Source: Alphaproteobacteria bacterium (lineage in GTDB: Bacteria > Pseudomonadota > Alphaproteobacteria > UBA828). Taken from it: 64,000 nucleotides of DNA. A program made the position numbers and the translations under genes. The stretch's first letter is position 1. Every line of letters starts with the position of its first letter. Below the pieces are notes generated by a model that worked only from the letters and a program-made list of their open reading frames with translations, searched no databases and was not told the DNA's origin. Positions 1 to 8,732 of the stretch are shown piece after piece. The DNA lies in the NCBI GenBank assembly GCA_965216915.1, contig CBDCGS010000011.1, positions 269,925-333,924 on the forward strand, read 5' to 3'.

Positions 1-756
1 CCAGGCGTTGAACGGGCTCAATGTCGGGCCGGTGGTGCGCAGAAATGGCGTGATCTCGTCCTCGATGAGCTGGCGCTTGCCAAGGATCGCGCCCCCGAGG
101 CAGCGGCCCTGACCGTCGACATGCTTCGTGGTCGAATAGACGACGAGATCGGCACCCAGCGCGAGGGGCTGCTGGAAAAGGCCGGTGGCCAGCACATTAT
201 CGACCACAACACGCGCGCCGACGCCATGCGCCAGATCGGCGACGGCTGCGATATCGGTCAGCTCGAGGGTTGGATTGGCCGGGCTTTCGAGCAGCACACA
301 CCGCGTGTTGGGCCGAAGCGCCGCGCGCCATGCCGCGGTATCGCGGCCGTCGATCAGTGTTGTCTCGATGCCGTAGCGGGGCAGCCAATCGCTGACGATC
401 AGCCGGCAGCCGCCGAACATGACGCGCGAGGCCACCACATGATCGCCCGCCCTGAGCTGGGCCATGAGCGCCGCGAAGACCGCCGCCATCCCGGTGGCCG
501 TGGCGCAGCATGCCTCGGCGTCTTCGAGCCAGCGCAAGCGCTCCTCGAGCATCGTGATGGTCGGGTTGCCGAAACGGCCATACACGTACCCCTCGGCTTC
601 GCCCGCGGTGCGCGCCTCACCCTCGGCGGCGCTCGGATAGGCGAAGCCCGAGGTCAGGAAAAGCGCTTCGCTGGTCTCGCCGTGGGCGGAGCGTGCGGTC
701 GCGCCGCGAACCAACCGGGTGGCGAGATCCCAGTCGGCGGTGTTGGTGGTCGCCAT
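1..756 (-). CDS. metZ: O-succinylhomoserine sulfhydrylase (Cys/Met PLP enzyme), 3' end runs off the window
   Basis: Manual translation of the minus strand from ATG 756 gives MATTNTADWDLATRLVRG...ETSEALFLTSGF...YGRFGNPT...ESPANPT...VVDN...VVYSTTKHVDGQGRCLGG (PLP Lys)...GPTLSPFNAW. Absent from the ORF track because it is open-ended. A SAM riboswitch lies upstream. Confidence 0.92.
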   Translation of the reverse strand, partial: MATTNTADWDLATRLVRGATARSAHGETSEALFLTSGFAYPSAAEGEARTAGEAEGYVYGRFGNPTITMLEERLRWLEDAEACCATATGMAAVFAALMAQLRAGDHVVASRVMFGGCRLIVSDWLPRYGIETTLIDGRDTAAWRAALRPNTRCVLLESPANPTLELTDIAAVADLAHGVGARVVVDNVLATGLFQQPLALGADLVVYSTTKHVDGQGRCLGGAILGKRQLIEDEITPFLRTTGPTLSPFNAW

Positions 757-771
757 TCCCCATCCTCCAAC

Positions 772-799
772 AAAAAACCCCGGCCGCTGGGCCAGGGTC
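772..799 (-). terminator. Intrinsic terminator in the metZ leader
   Basis: Minus strand reads ACCCTGGCC-CAGC-GGCCGGGGT-TTTTT: a 9-bp stem (one G-U) plus U-tract, between the riboswitch and the RBS (GGAGG). Confidence 0.7.
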
Positions 800-809
800 T
801 CTCGCCACA

Positions 810-874
810 CCGACCTTTTAGCGGGGTTGTTTAGCGTGGCCGCAAGCCGGTCGGGCTCAAATCACCACGAGGGG
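810..874 (-). ncRNA. SAM-II (SAM_alpha) riboswitch
   Basis: Minus strand CCCTCGTGGTGATTTGAGCCCGACCGGCTTGCGGCCACGCTAAACAACCCCGCTAAAAGG matches the SAM_alpha pattern (CGTGGTGATTT...GGCTTGCRGCCACG...AAACAA...GCTAAA) and sits upstream of a methionine biosynthesis gene. Confidence 0.9.
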
Positions 875-937
875 TCTGTCAAACCACAGCGGCGCCGACC
901 CGTCAAGGTCCGTGCGTCACCGCGCACACCGAGCGGG

Positions 938-1891
938 CTAGCCGTCGACCGAGCAAGAACCGCCGCCGAGGACGCAAAAGCGGGCGCAGTGGGGATGGTT
1001 CAACCACACCGCGTCCTGTGCCTCGGCGAGCGTGCGTCCCATCTCGAACGCCCGATCATAGGGCAGCAGCGTGCACGGCATGACCGAGGCGTGGGCCGCT
1101 CCCTTATGCTTGACCACCATGCGAGCGCTTGCGCACATCATGGCATCGGGCGAGACATCGAGAATCTCCCAGCACGCCGTCGTGATCTCCGGCACATCAG
1201 CGGTCTCGTCCATCTCCGGAAACAGCACGAGGTCGTTCCGGTCGTCAGCGTCGAGCGCAAGATCGAGGCGTGCGAAGAGCGCAGCGTAGCCGCGCCGGAG
1301 CGATGCCTCATCCTCTTCCCAGCGCGTACGGCCTGCGACCGCGACGTTGAACCCGTTGGACGCAAGCCAGCGCAGGCCATCGAGGGTTGCGCGCCAGCTT
1401 TTCGGGCCGCGTTCGGAGCGATGCAACGCTTCGGTGTGGTGATCGACGGAGACGCGAACCGCCAGCCGAGTGCCGTGCGCCCGGCGAAGCGCCAAAAGAG
1501 CGTGGGCGCACTTCATCATTGGGCGCATCGCATTGGTGAGCACGAGCGCCCGCAAGCCACGCCCGAGCACCTCGTCGAGCAGGTCCACGATCGCGGGGTT
1601 CATGAACGGCTCACCACCCGTGAAGCCGATCTCCTCCGTGGTGTGCCTTTCGCGCTCAATCTCGTCGAGATAGGGACGCACATCGGCCAGTGTGAGATAG
1701 CTGAGACGGTCGTTGCGCGGGCTCGAGTCGATGTAGCAATTCTCGCAAGTGAGATTGCAGAGCGTGCCCGTGTTGAACCAAAGCGTGCGAAGCGCACGGA
1801 GCGCAACCGACGCACGGCGGCTGCCGTCGGCCGTCAGCCTTTGGTCGCGAAATTTCTCGGGGAGGCGTGCGTTCGCGAGGGCATTCGCCAT
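938..1891 (-). CDS. Radical SAM protein of unknown function
   Basis: CxxxCxxC (CNLTCENC), FTGGEPF, LTNA and a Cys-rich C-terminus (HPHCARFCVLGGGSC). Start set at ATG 1891. Confidence 0.85.
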   Translation of the reverse strand: MANALANARLPEKFRDQRLTADGSRRASVALRALRTLWFNTGTLCNLTCENCYIDSSPRNDRLSYLTLADVRPYLDEIERERHTTEEIGFTGGEPFMNPAIVDLLDEVLGRGLRALVLTNAMRPMMKCAHALLALRRAHGTRLAVRVSVDHHTEALHRSERGPKSWRATLDGLRWLASNGFNVAVAGRTRWEEDEASLRRGYAALFARLDLALDADDRNDLVLFPEMDETADVPEITTACWEILDVSPDAMMCASARMVVKHKGAAHASVMPCTLLPYDRAFEMGRTLAEAQDAVWLNHPHCARFCVLGGGSCSVDG

Positions 1892-2053
1892 TCTGGGTCC
1901 TTGCGGGATCGCGCGGGTCGCGCACTTGCCCACAACGTCCCGTCGACCGTCAAGTCACATTTCAGTGTGATGCGACCCGTCAGCATGATGCGACGGCGAC
2001 GCTCGGTCTCTTGCTTGCCCTGGCCTAGGTGCGGAATTATCTTGAGGCGCAAC

Positions 2054-2127
2054 GCGGGTGTAGCTCAATGGCAGAGCAGAAGCTTCCCAAGCTTACGACG
2101 AGGGTTCGATTCCCTTCACCCGCTCCA
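2054..2127 (+). tRNA. tRNA-Gly (CCC)
   Basis: GCGGGTG acceptor stem pairs with CACCCGC; D-arm GCTCAATGGCAGAGC; anticodon loop TTCCCAA; T-loop GGTTCGATTCC; encoded TCCA end; 74 nt. Confidence 0.97.
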
Positions 2128-2270
2128 GCTCTGCCGATCGCGCGGCCCGCCGCGAATGCGCTGGCCGGACGGCGCTGGCTTTGCTACTTGTTCTGCGACG
2201 TGACACCGTTGTTCGCCGGTCGATGATTCGCTCGATCATCGTGCGGCGCTTTGGAGGGGAGACTCCAGGG

Positions 2271-3344
2271 ATGCGACTGAAACACTTGCTCTGCGCGCTC
2301 GCGATTGCCGCCATTGCGCCGTCTGCAGCGATGGCGGATGGCAACTTCTATCTCGGCGCCAGCGGTGGCGCCAATCTGATGCACGACTCCGACCTCGACA
2401 ACGGATCGGTGGTCGATTTCGACACCGGGATCGCGGGCGCCATCACTGGCGGCTACCGGTTTGGCGACAGCGGGTTCCGTAGCGAGGTCGAACTCGGCTA
2501 TCGCGGCAACGAGGTCGACACTGTGAGCGGGGTCAGCGGCACCGGAGATGCGCGCACCATCAGTGGCATGGTCAACCTGCTGTACGACATCCCGATCTCG
2601 GACCTCATCACACCCTATGTCGGTGGCGGCATCGGCGCCGCCCATGTCGATTTCGACGGCATCTCGCCAATCGCGGGCCTCTCGGGAAGCGGCGACGACA
2701 TCACGTTCGCCTACCAAGGCATTGCCGGCGTGTCGGTGGGTCTCACCGACCGCCTCGAGATGTTTGCCGATTACAAATATTTCGAGACCACGGACGTCGA
2801 CCTGACCCTCAGCAACGGCACGACCGTGGGCGCCGAGAACGGAAGCCATACCGTTTCGCTCGGCCTTCGCTTCACCTTTGGCGCCACGAAACCCGCGCCG
2901 AAGCCCGTCCCCGTGAAGGAGGCGCCACCACCGCCGCCGCCGGAGCCCGAGCCGGAGCCAATCCCCGAACCGGAGCCGATCCCGGAGCCCGAGCCGGAGC
3001 CAGAGGCCACAGCGACCCGCGCCTTCCTGGTGTTCTTCGACTGGGATCAATCTGTGCTCACCGCGGAAGCCGATGAAATCGTGGCCTCGGCCGCCGCTTG
3101 GTCGCAAGACACCACAGTCACCCGGATCGAGGTGACCGGCCATGCGGACCGCTCCGGTCCGGCGCGCTACAACGAGGGGCTCTCGCTTCGGCGCGCGGAA
3201 GCGGTGCGCGACCGGCTTGTCAGCCTCGGTGTGCCCGGGAACGCGATCTCGATCTTCGCCAAAGGCGAGACCGAGCCGCTGGTTCCGACTGAAGATGGCG
3301 TGCGCGAGCCGCAGAACAGGCGCGTCGAGATCTATCTCGAGTAG
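2271..3344 (+). CDS. OmpA-family outer membrane protein (8-stranded barrel, Pro/Glu linker, peptidoglycan-binding domain)
   Basis: Signal peptide (MRLKHLL...AMA), barrel motifs (PYVGGGIG, AYQGIAG), PEPEP linker, C-terminal GHADRSG...YNEGLSLRRAEAV...NRRVEI. Confidence 0.93.
   Translation: MRLKHLLCALAIAAIAPSAAMADGNFYLGASGGANLMHDSDLDNGSVVDFDTGIAGAITGGYRFGDSGFRSEVELGYRGNEVDTVSGVSGTGDARTISGMVNLLYDIPISDLITPYVGGGIGAAHVDFDGISPIAGLSGSGDDITFAYQGIAGVSVGLTDRLEMFADYKYFETTDVDLTLSNGTTVGAENGSHTVSLGLRFTFGATKPAPKPVPVKEAPPPPPPEPEPEPIPEPEPIPEPEPEPEATATRAFLVFFDWDQSVLTAEADEIVASAAAWSQDTTVTRIEVTGHADRSGPARYNEGLSLRRAEAVRDRLVSLGVPGNAISIFAKGETEPLVPTEDGVREPQNRRVEIYLE
2925..3005 (+). repeat. Low-complexity Pro/Glu coding repeat (PPPPPPEPEPEPIPEPEPIPEPEPEPE)
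   Basis: Directly visible CCGGAG/CCCGAG tandem repeats in the OmpA linker. Confidence 0.85.
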
Positions 3345-3384
3345 GGTCTCGCGCTATCACGTTCGCTCATGCTCAGGCGACATG

Positions 3385-3510
3385 CTCTCTCATTGGCATT
3401 GACGCAAATGAGTCGTCGCAGGTGATTCCACCTGCTCGGGATTTGCTCTCTCTCATTGGGATTGACGCAATTGCGTCGTCGCAGGTGATTCCACCTGCCC
3501 GGGACTTGCG
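3385..3510. repeat. Two tandem 63-bp palindromic intergenic repeats
   Basis: Unit CTCTCTCATTGGSATTGACGCAAWTGMGTCGTCGCAGGTGATTCCACCTGCYCGGGAYTTGC occurs twice (CATTGG at 3391 and 3454). Each copy has the hairpin GCAGGTG-ATTC-CACCTGC. Confidence 0.9.
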
Positions 3511-4023
3511 CTAGCGCTCGTCGGCGGCGCGCCCATCCGCAGCGTCGACCAGGAGCACGTCATCGCCGCTACAATCGACCACGCCGTGGCTCGCCGCGTG
3601 CGGCCGGTAGAGCGCATATAGCGCGAGCTGACCGCGCTCGAGATCGAGCACGACATCGAAAAGCGAGCGTGCCTCGCGGCAGAAGGCCGCGCCGGCATCG
3701 ATGCTCCGTTGCGAAGCCTCGTTGGCGAGGCGGGTGACCAGCGCATCAATCTTCTTCGTCGCCCGCGCCCCATAGTGCTGGCCGTAGAAGCTGCGCAACG
3801 CGTCGGCGCTCGCCACGAGATCGGGCTGGAAGCGCCGCACGAAGGTGGCGTATTGGTCGTGCTGTCGACAGCTCAGGGCGGCGACCATGAGCTCCGTCTG
3901 CAGCACACGGGTGGTCAGGGCCATCTGTGCATCGCCACCCGCGCAAACGCGCGCCTGGGCGCCATTGGCGGCAGCGCCAACCATTGCGCCGAGCAACACC
4001 GCAGCGACCAGTTGACGCCTCAT
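3511..4023 (-). CDS. Conserved hypothetical exported protein
   Basis: Signal peptide (MRRQLVAAVLLG...AQA), LQTELMVAALSC motif, four Cys, coding-like codon pattern. Confidence 0.7.
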   Translation of the reverse strand: MRRQLVAAVLLGAMVGAAANGAQARVCAGGDAQMALTTRVLQTELMVAALSCRQHDQYATFVRRFQPDLVASADALRSFYGQHYGARATKKIDALVTRLANEASQRSIDAGAAFCREARSLFDVVLDLERGQLALYALYRPHAASHGVVDCSGDDVLLVDAADGRAADER

Positions 4024-4092
4024 AAAGCCACCCCTCGACGAACCGCCGTTGGTTTTACTCTACCACAGGATCGGGAGTGTATCCCCCCGTGA

Positions 4093-4107
4093 TTAGGATG
4101 CGCTTAA
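4093..4107. promoter_or_regulatory. Candidate CtrA box (TTAG-N7-TTAA)
   Basis: TTAGGATGCGCTTAA, one mismatch to TTAA-N7-TTAA, 70 bp upstream of the 3511..4023 gene. Confidence 0.35.
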
Positions 4108-4181
4108 ACAATGGGGCGAATTTCGCGCCTCGGACGACCCGCCTCCCGGTCGCACCTGCTCCGCGTGGTCGATTGCGGGAT

Positions 4182-6428
4182 CTATTCGGCCGCTTCGGGA
4201 AAAACCAGCACGCGCCGTGCTGGAAGATACACCGTCACGGTCGTGCCCTGGCCAAGCGTGCTTGCCACCGACACCTCGCCGCCATGGAGCCGGGTGAATG
4301 AGCGGACGAGCGCCAACCCAAGCCCCGTTCCTTCGTGGCGGCGGCTCAGCGAACCGTCGACCTGCGTGAAGGGCTCCAGCACATCGCTCAGCTGGTCGGC
4401 GGGGATGCCACAGCCGGTATCGGCCACCTCAATGCACGCCTCGCCGTTGGGCTCGACCGACGCGTTGAGAGCGATGCGGCCTCCGGCAGGAGTGAACTTG
4501 AGTGCGTTCGCAAGCAGGTTAAGCAAGATCTGCATGACGACTCGCTCGTCCGCGTGGACTGCGCGGAGCGGCGGCGTCACCACATGTTCGAGCGCGACCT
4601 CCGCGCGGTCGGCCTGCTCTTGCACCATGCGCCGGCTCGCGGCGAACAGTCCCTCCACGTCGACATCCCCTTCCGTAAGCTCGAACCGACCGGCTTCGAC
4701 CTTCGAGAGGTCCAGGATGTCGTTCACGATCCGAAGCAGATGCCCGCCACTGTCGTGGATGTCTTTCGCGTATTGGAGATATTGCTCGGACCCGAGTGGG
4801 CCGAAGGCCTGCTGAAAGAGGATCTCCGAGAACCCCAGGATCGCGTTGAGCGGGGTGCGGAGCTCATGGCTCATGGACGCGAGAAACTCGGTCTTAGCGC
4901 GGCTCGCTTGCTCCGCCTCTGCCTTGGCACGCTCGAGCGTGCTCTCGATGCGCTTGCGTTCGGTCAAATCGGTCATATGGATCAATACGACCGGCCGGCC
5001 GTCGATTTCGATGGCCGACGCCGAGAGCTCGACCGGGATCTCGGCGTCACGGGCCCGACAGGTCAGGGCGTCGGTACGGCCGTTCCGCTCGGCGATGACC
5101 TGGTCGACGAAACGTGAAAGCTGTGAGTCGTTGAACAGCATGCCGCGCGGTGTCGTGGTGCCAAGCAGAACGCCCCGGTCGACCCCGAGCAACCGTGTGG
5201 CCTGTGGGTTCGTGTCGATCACCGCGTGAGTGGTGGGGTCGAGCAAGAGGATCGCGTCGTTGGAGCGCTCGAACAGTGTGCGAAACCGTGCCTCGCCTTC
5301 GCGCAGCGCGTCCTCGGCCTGCTTCCGCACCGTGATGTCCCGGAAGCTTGCGTGGTAGAGCGACTCGTCGCATCCCTCGTCGAACAGGCGGTTTGCACTG
5401 CAAAGGATGGTGCGCTGGGCGCCATTGCTCATCGTGACCGTGAGCTCCCTCACGAAGGGGCCGCGTTTGAGGATATCGAACAGATCGGTATCGGCTGCAC
5501 GACCCGACCCGTCGGGATCGGCGCCGATGATTACGGGTTCGCCCATGGTGATCTCGAATAGATCCCGTGCGGCCTTGTTGGCGTAGACGATCGCGCCGTC
5601 TTCTCCGTAGGCGACGATGCCATCGAGGCTGTTGTCCGTCATCGCCATGACCCGGGCCAAGGCGGCCCGTCGCGCGCTCGAGATGAATTTCATCAGGATG
5701 TTGATGCGCCGGACGATTTCGCCGAGTTCATCATTTCGCTGGCGTTCCGCCGTGAAGCGCTCCGGGTGCTCAGGGTCTTGGCTCGCCGCAATCAGATGCT
5801 CACGCAGGGCGAGGACAGGCGCCAGGACCAGGTGGCCCAAAATCAACACCGAGATCGCGGTGACGAAGGCCGAGATCAGCAGCGTCAGGCCACCGATGCG
5901 ATAGACGAACGACCACAATTTGCCATTCACGGCGCTCGCATCCGCGCGCACCGCGATGTCGTGCTGAAAACCGCTTTTTTCGGCCGGCCACAGGAACTCG
6001 AAACGCTCACCGTCGTCGACCCGGCGTTGGCGCGGCGCGCGATCGCGAAGCGCGGCCCGATTGAGCGTCGGCGCCTCGCCGAACACGCCGGCCGACCGGC
6101 CGGCCCGATCGAGGAACGCACCGCCGCGCAACGGCGTCCCGTCGAGCAGGGCGCTCAGGGTGCTACCGAGATTTGCCGGAGCGTCGGACCGGGCGGTTGC
6201 GGCAACCGCGGTCAGCCCCGCGACGGTTGTCTCCTCGATTCGCGAGAGAAGGTCACGCTCGTGGTTGCGCAACGAGGGGAGCAGGATGATCGCCTCGATC
6301 GCGAGAATGCTGAACAGGACCAAGAGGCCGATTCGCCAGCAAAGGCGGCAGCGCAGCAGTCGATGGTGATATGTTGCACTGAAGAATCCGGTACCCGGAC
6401 GGGCCCGTGGCTGATCAGGGAGCGACAT
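4182..6428 (-). CDS. Membrane sensor histidine kinase (2 TM, HAMP-like, 2 PAS, HisKA, HATPase), PleC/DivJ-like H-box
   Basis: EFLASMSHELRTPLNAILGFSE...FGPLG, NLLANALKFT, DTGCGI, GTGLGL; PAS ends DITVRK and DLTERK. Confidence 0.93.
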   Translation of the reverse strand: MSLPDQPRARPGTGFFSATYHHRLLRCRLCWRIGLLVLFSILAIEAIILLPSLRNHERDLLSRIEETTVAGLTAVAATARSDAPANLGSTLSALLDGTPLRGGAFLDRAGRSAGVFGEAPTLNRAALRDRAPRQRRVDDGERFEFLWPAEKSGFQHDIAVRADASAVNGKLWSFVYRIGGLTLLISAFVTAISVLILGHLVLAPVLALREHLIAASQDPEHPERFTAERQRNDELGEIVRRINILMKFISSARRAALARVMAMTDNSLDGIVAYGEDGAIVYANKAARDLFEITMGEPVIIGADPDGSGRAADTDLFDILKRGPFVRELTVTMSNGAQRTILCSANRLFDEGCDESLYHASFRDITVRKQAEDALREGEARFRTLFERSNDAILLLDPTTHAVIDTNPQATRLLGVDRGVLLGTTTPRGMLFNDSQLSRFVDQVIAERNGRTDALTCRARDAEIPVELSASAIEIDGRPVVLIHMTDLTERKRIESTLERAKAEAEQASRAKTEFLASMSHELRTPLNAILGFSEILFQQAFGPLGSEQYLQYAKDIHDSGGHLLRIVNDILDLSKVEAGRFELTEGDVDVEGLFAASRRMVQEQADRAEVALEHVVTPPLRAVHADERVVMQILLNLLANALKFTPAGGRIALNASVEPNGEACIEVADTGCGIPADQLSDVLEPFTQVDGSLSRRHEGTGLGLALVRSFTRLHGGEVSVASTLGQGTTVTVYLPARRVLVFPEAAE

Positions 6429-6474
6429 CGGCTCGCGAAATTGATCTATGCCGGTGGCCCCGACGTCTTAGCCA

Positions 6475-7824
6475 ATGCCGATTTCGGAAAACTTAACGCT
6501 GTTCAAATCACCTCCGTTCGGGAAGCGGGCCTACGCCGTTGGGTGGGCGGTCGCCCTCGCGCTCGGCGCGGCTCTGTTCGGCGGCGGGACCTTGGCCGGC
6601 GAGCCGGCGCCGATCGATGGCCTCTCCGCCGCCGAGGCGGTGCGCTTTGCGGAAGGCCGCGCACTCTTCGCCACCTCTTGGCTGGCGCCGGCGTGGACGG
6701 ACCGCCCCTTCGACGGTCTCGGCCCGACCTTCAATGCCCGGGCCTGCCTCTCTTGCCACCCCGAGAGCGGACGCGGCGGCGCCCCGGCACCCGGGCGGCC
6801 GCTCACGACGGTGCTGCTCAAGCTCGGAATCGATCGGGCCGCCGGGCAGGACCTTGCGCCGCATCCTGCCTATGGCCGCCAGCTCAACCCGCGCGCGGTC
6901 CCCGGCGTCCCACCCGAGGGCCAAGCCTTTGTGGAGTACCGCGCAACGGAGGCGACCCTTGCCGATGGCACGCGCCTTTCGCTGCGCCAACCAGCCTACG
7001 CGTTTTTTCGCCTCGCGTTCGGGCCGCTTGGCGACGCCACGGTTCTTTCGCCGCGCATCGCGCCGGCGCTCGCCGGACTCGGGCTTCTCGAGGCCGTGCC
7101 GGAGGCGCGAATTCGGGCCCGCGCCGACCCGCACGACCGGAACGGCGACGGCATCTCCGGGCGCGCGCGCCTCGTCGAGGACCCCGAAACGGGCGTGCGC
7201 AAACTCGGGCGGTTCGGATGGAAAGCGGCGCAGCCGAGCCTTCGCGCACAAGCCGCCGCCGCATTCCACCAGGACATGGGCGTCACCACGCCGCTCCACC
7301 CGGACGAGAATTGCCCCGACCCTCAGATCTTCTGCTTGAGCGCCGAGGAGGACCCGCATCCGGACGCGAACGCCGACATGTTGGACGCCGTCACGCTCTA
7401 TACACAGGCTCTTCCCGCGCCGCGCGCCGATGGGCTGCGCAATGATGACGGCGCGCGGGCCTTTCGCGACGCCGGGTGCGCGGCATGCCACACCCCGCTG
7501 CTCGAGACGGGTCCACACCCGCTCGCGGCGCTAAGTGGGCGCCGGGTCGCGGCCTACACCGACCTTCTCCTGCACGACATGGGCCCCGGACTCGCGGATC
7601 GGCGGGGCGATGGCGCCGTCGCAGACCGGGAGTGGCGCACACCACCCTTGTGGGGGCTCCAGCAGGGCGATGCGGTGCCGTTTCTGCTTCACGACGGGCG
7701 CGCCCGCGGCTTCGCCGAGGCGATCCTCTGGCACGGGGGCGAGGGCGCCGCCGCCCGCGAGGCGTTTCGCGCCATGCCAGACGCGACACGCATGGCGCTT
7801 CTGGCCTTCCTCCGCAGCCTCTGA
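6475..7824 (+). CDS. Di-heme oxidoreductase / putative peroxidase (DHOR family)
   Basis: Two CxxCH (CLSCH, CAACH), GLGPTFNA, GRFGWKA, YTDLLLHDMG, WRTPPLWG, LHDGRAR...EAILWHGGE. Confidence 0.88.
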   Translation: MPISENLTLFKSPPFGKRAYAVGWAVALALGAALFGGGTLAGEPAPIDGLSAAEAVRFAEGRALFATSWLAPAWTDRPFDGLGPTFNARACLSCHPESGRGGAPAPGRPLTTVLLKLGIDRAAGQDLAPHPAYGRQLNPRAVPGVPPEGQAFVEYRATEATLADGTRLSLRQPAYAFFRLAFGPLGDATVLSPRIAPALAGLGLLEAVPEARIRARADPHDRNGDGISGRARLVEDPETGVRKLGRFGWKAAQPSLRAQAAAAFHQDMGVTTPLHPDENCPDPQIFCLSAEEDPHPDANADMLDAVTLYTQALPAPRADGLRNDDGARAFRDAGCAACHTPLLETGPHPLAALSGRRVAAYTDLLLHDMGPGLADRRGDGAVADREWRTPPLWGLQQGDAVPFLLHDGRARGFAEAILWHGGEGAAAREAFRAMPDATRMALLAFLRSL

Positions 7825-7868
7825 TTTCGCGCCGGGGCCCGCGGGGCCGGTCGCGTTTGATTCGTCTC

Positions 7869-7901
7869 TTGACATTCTTCGATAATTCAATAATTATCGA
7901 A
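7869..7901 (+). promoter_or_regulatory. Promoter with ArsR-type operator
   Basis: TTGACA at 7869 followed by the perfect inverted repeat TTCGATAATT-CAAT-AATTATCGAA (7878-7901), immediately before ATG 7904. Confidence 0.75.
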
Positions 7902-7903
7902 AT

Positions 7904-8248
7904 ATGGAAAAGACAATGGCACTGACGGCGCTCGGCGCTCTCGCCCACGAGACGCGGCTCGACATCTTTCGGACCCTGGTTCGCCAAGGGCCCAAGGGCC
8001 TTGCCGCCGGCGAAATCGGCGCCGCGCTCGGGATTGCGCCGACCACGCTTTCCTTTCATCTGTCGCAGCTCTCCCATGCCGGGCTCGTGACCGCCCGGCG
8101 CGATGGCCGGTTCATCTACTACGCGGCGGCGTTTCCGGCGATCGGCGCGCTATTGCGTTACCTCGTCGAGGACTGCTGTCACGGCGTCGATCTCGGTGCC
8201 ATCCGTCCCGTCGCCCCAAAACCCGATATTCAGGAGACCACACCATGA
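7904..8248 (+). CDS. arsR: ArsR/SmtB family transcriptional repressor (C-terminal CC type)
   Basis: ALAHETRLDIFRTLV...TLSFHLSQLSHAGLV...YLVEDCC. Confidence 0.85.
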   Translation: MEKTMALTALGALAHETRLDIFRTLVRQGPKGLAAGEIGAALGIAPTTLSFHLSQLSHAGLVTARRDGRFIYYAAAFPAIGALLRYLVEDCCHGVDLGAIRPVAPKPDIQETTP

Positions 8249-8724
8249 AACGCCTGCATGTTTTCGTGTCCGTCGAGAACCTCGATCGCTCGATCCAATT
8301 CTACGAGACTCTCTTCGGCGCCAAGCCGAGCGTGAAGGAGGCTGACTACGCCAAGTGGATGCTTGAGGACCCGCGGGTGAACTTCGCCATCGGCGCCGGC
8401 GCAGAGGCGGTCGGCATCGACCATGTCGGCATCCAAGCCGAGACAGAGGACGAGCTCGCCGAGATCGCCGTGCGGCTCAAGGCGGCGGGCGAGCCCCATC
8501 AGGACCAAACCGACGCGCATTGCTGCTACGCCCGGTCCGACAAGACGTGGGTCCTGGACCCGCAAGGCATCTATTGGGAAACCTTCCACACCAAGGGTTC
8601 GAGCACGCATTACGGCGAGGACAAGCGGGTCGCGATCGAGCCTGAGGTGGAGGCCTGCTGCGCGGCCGATACCGCCGCGAAGCGACGGGGCGAGGCGGCC
8701 TGCTGTGGACCGGCGGCCAGCTGA
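8245..8724 (+). CDS. ArsI/CadI-family VOC (glyoxalase-like) protein
   Basis: KRLHV...YAKWMLEDPRVNFAI...DHVGIQ...CCYARSDKTWVLDPQG..WETF; ATGA-coupled to arsR; C-terminal CC pairs. Confidence 0.88.
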   Translation: MKRLHVFVSVENLDRSIQFYETLFGAKPSVKEADYAKWMLEDPRVNFAIGAGAEAVGIDHVGIQAETEDELAEIAVRLKAAGEPHQDQTDAHCCYARSDKTWVLDPQGIYWETFHTKGSSTHYGEDKRVAIEPEVEACCAADTAAKRRGEAACCGPAAS

Positions 8725-8732
8725 CCCGCCGA

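Noticed and set aside
2054-2270. tRNA-Gly as the integration site of a genomic island
   Set aside because: No integrase nearby and I saw no duplicated tRNA 3' end in the window.
3385-3510. Possible CRISPR array
   Set aside because: Only two directly abutting units, no unique spacers and no cas genes in the window.
4182-6428. Naming the kinase pleC or divJ
   Set aside because: The H-box is of that group, but many paralogues share it and orthology cannot be established by eye.
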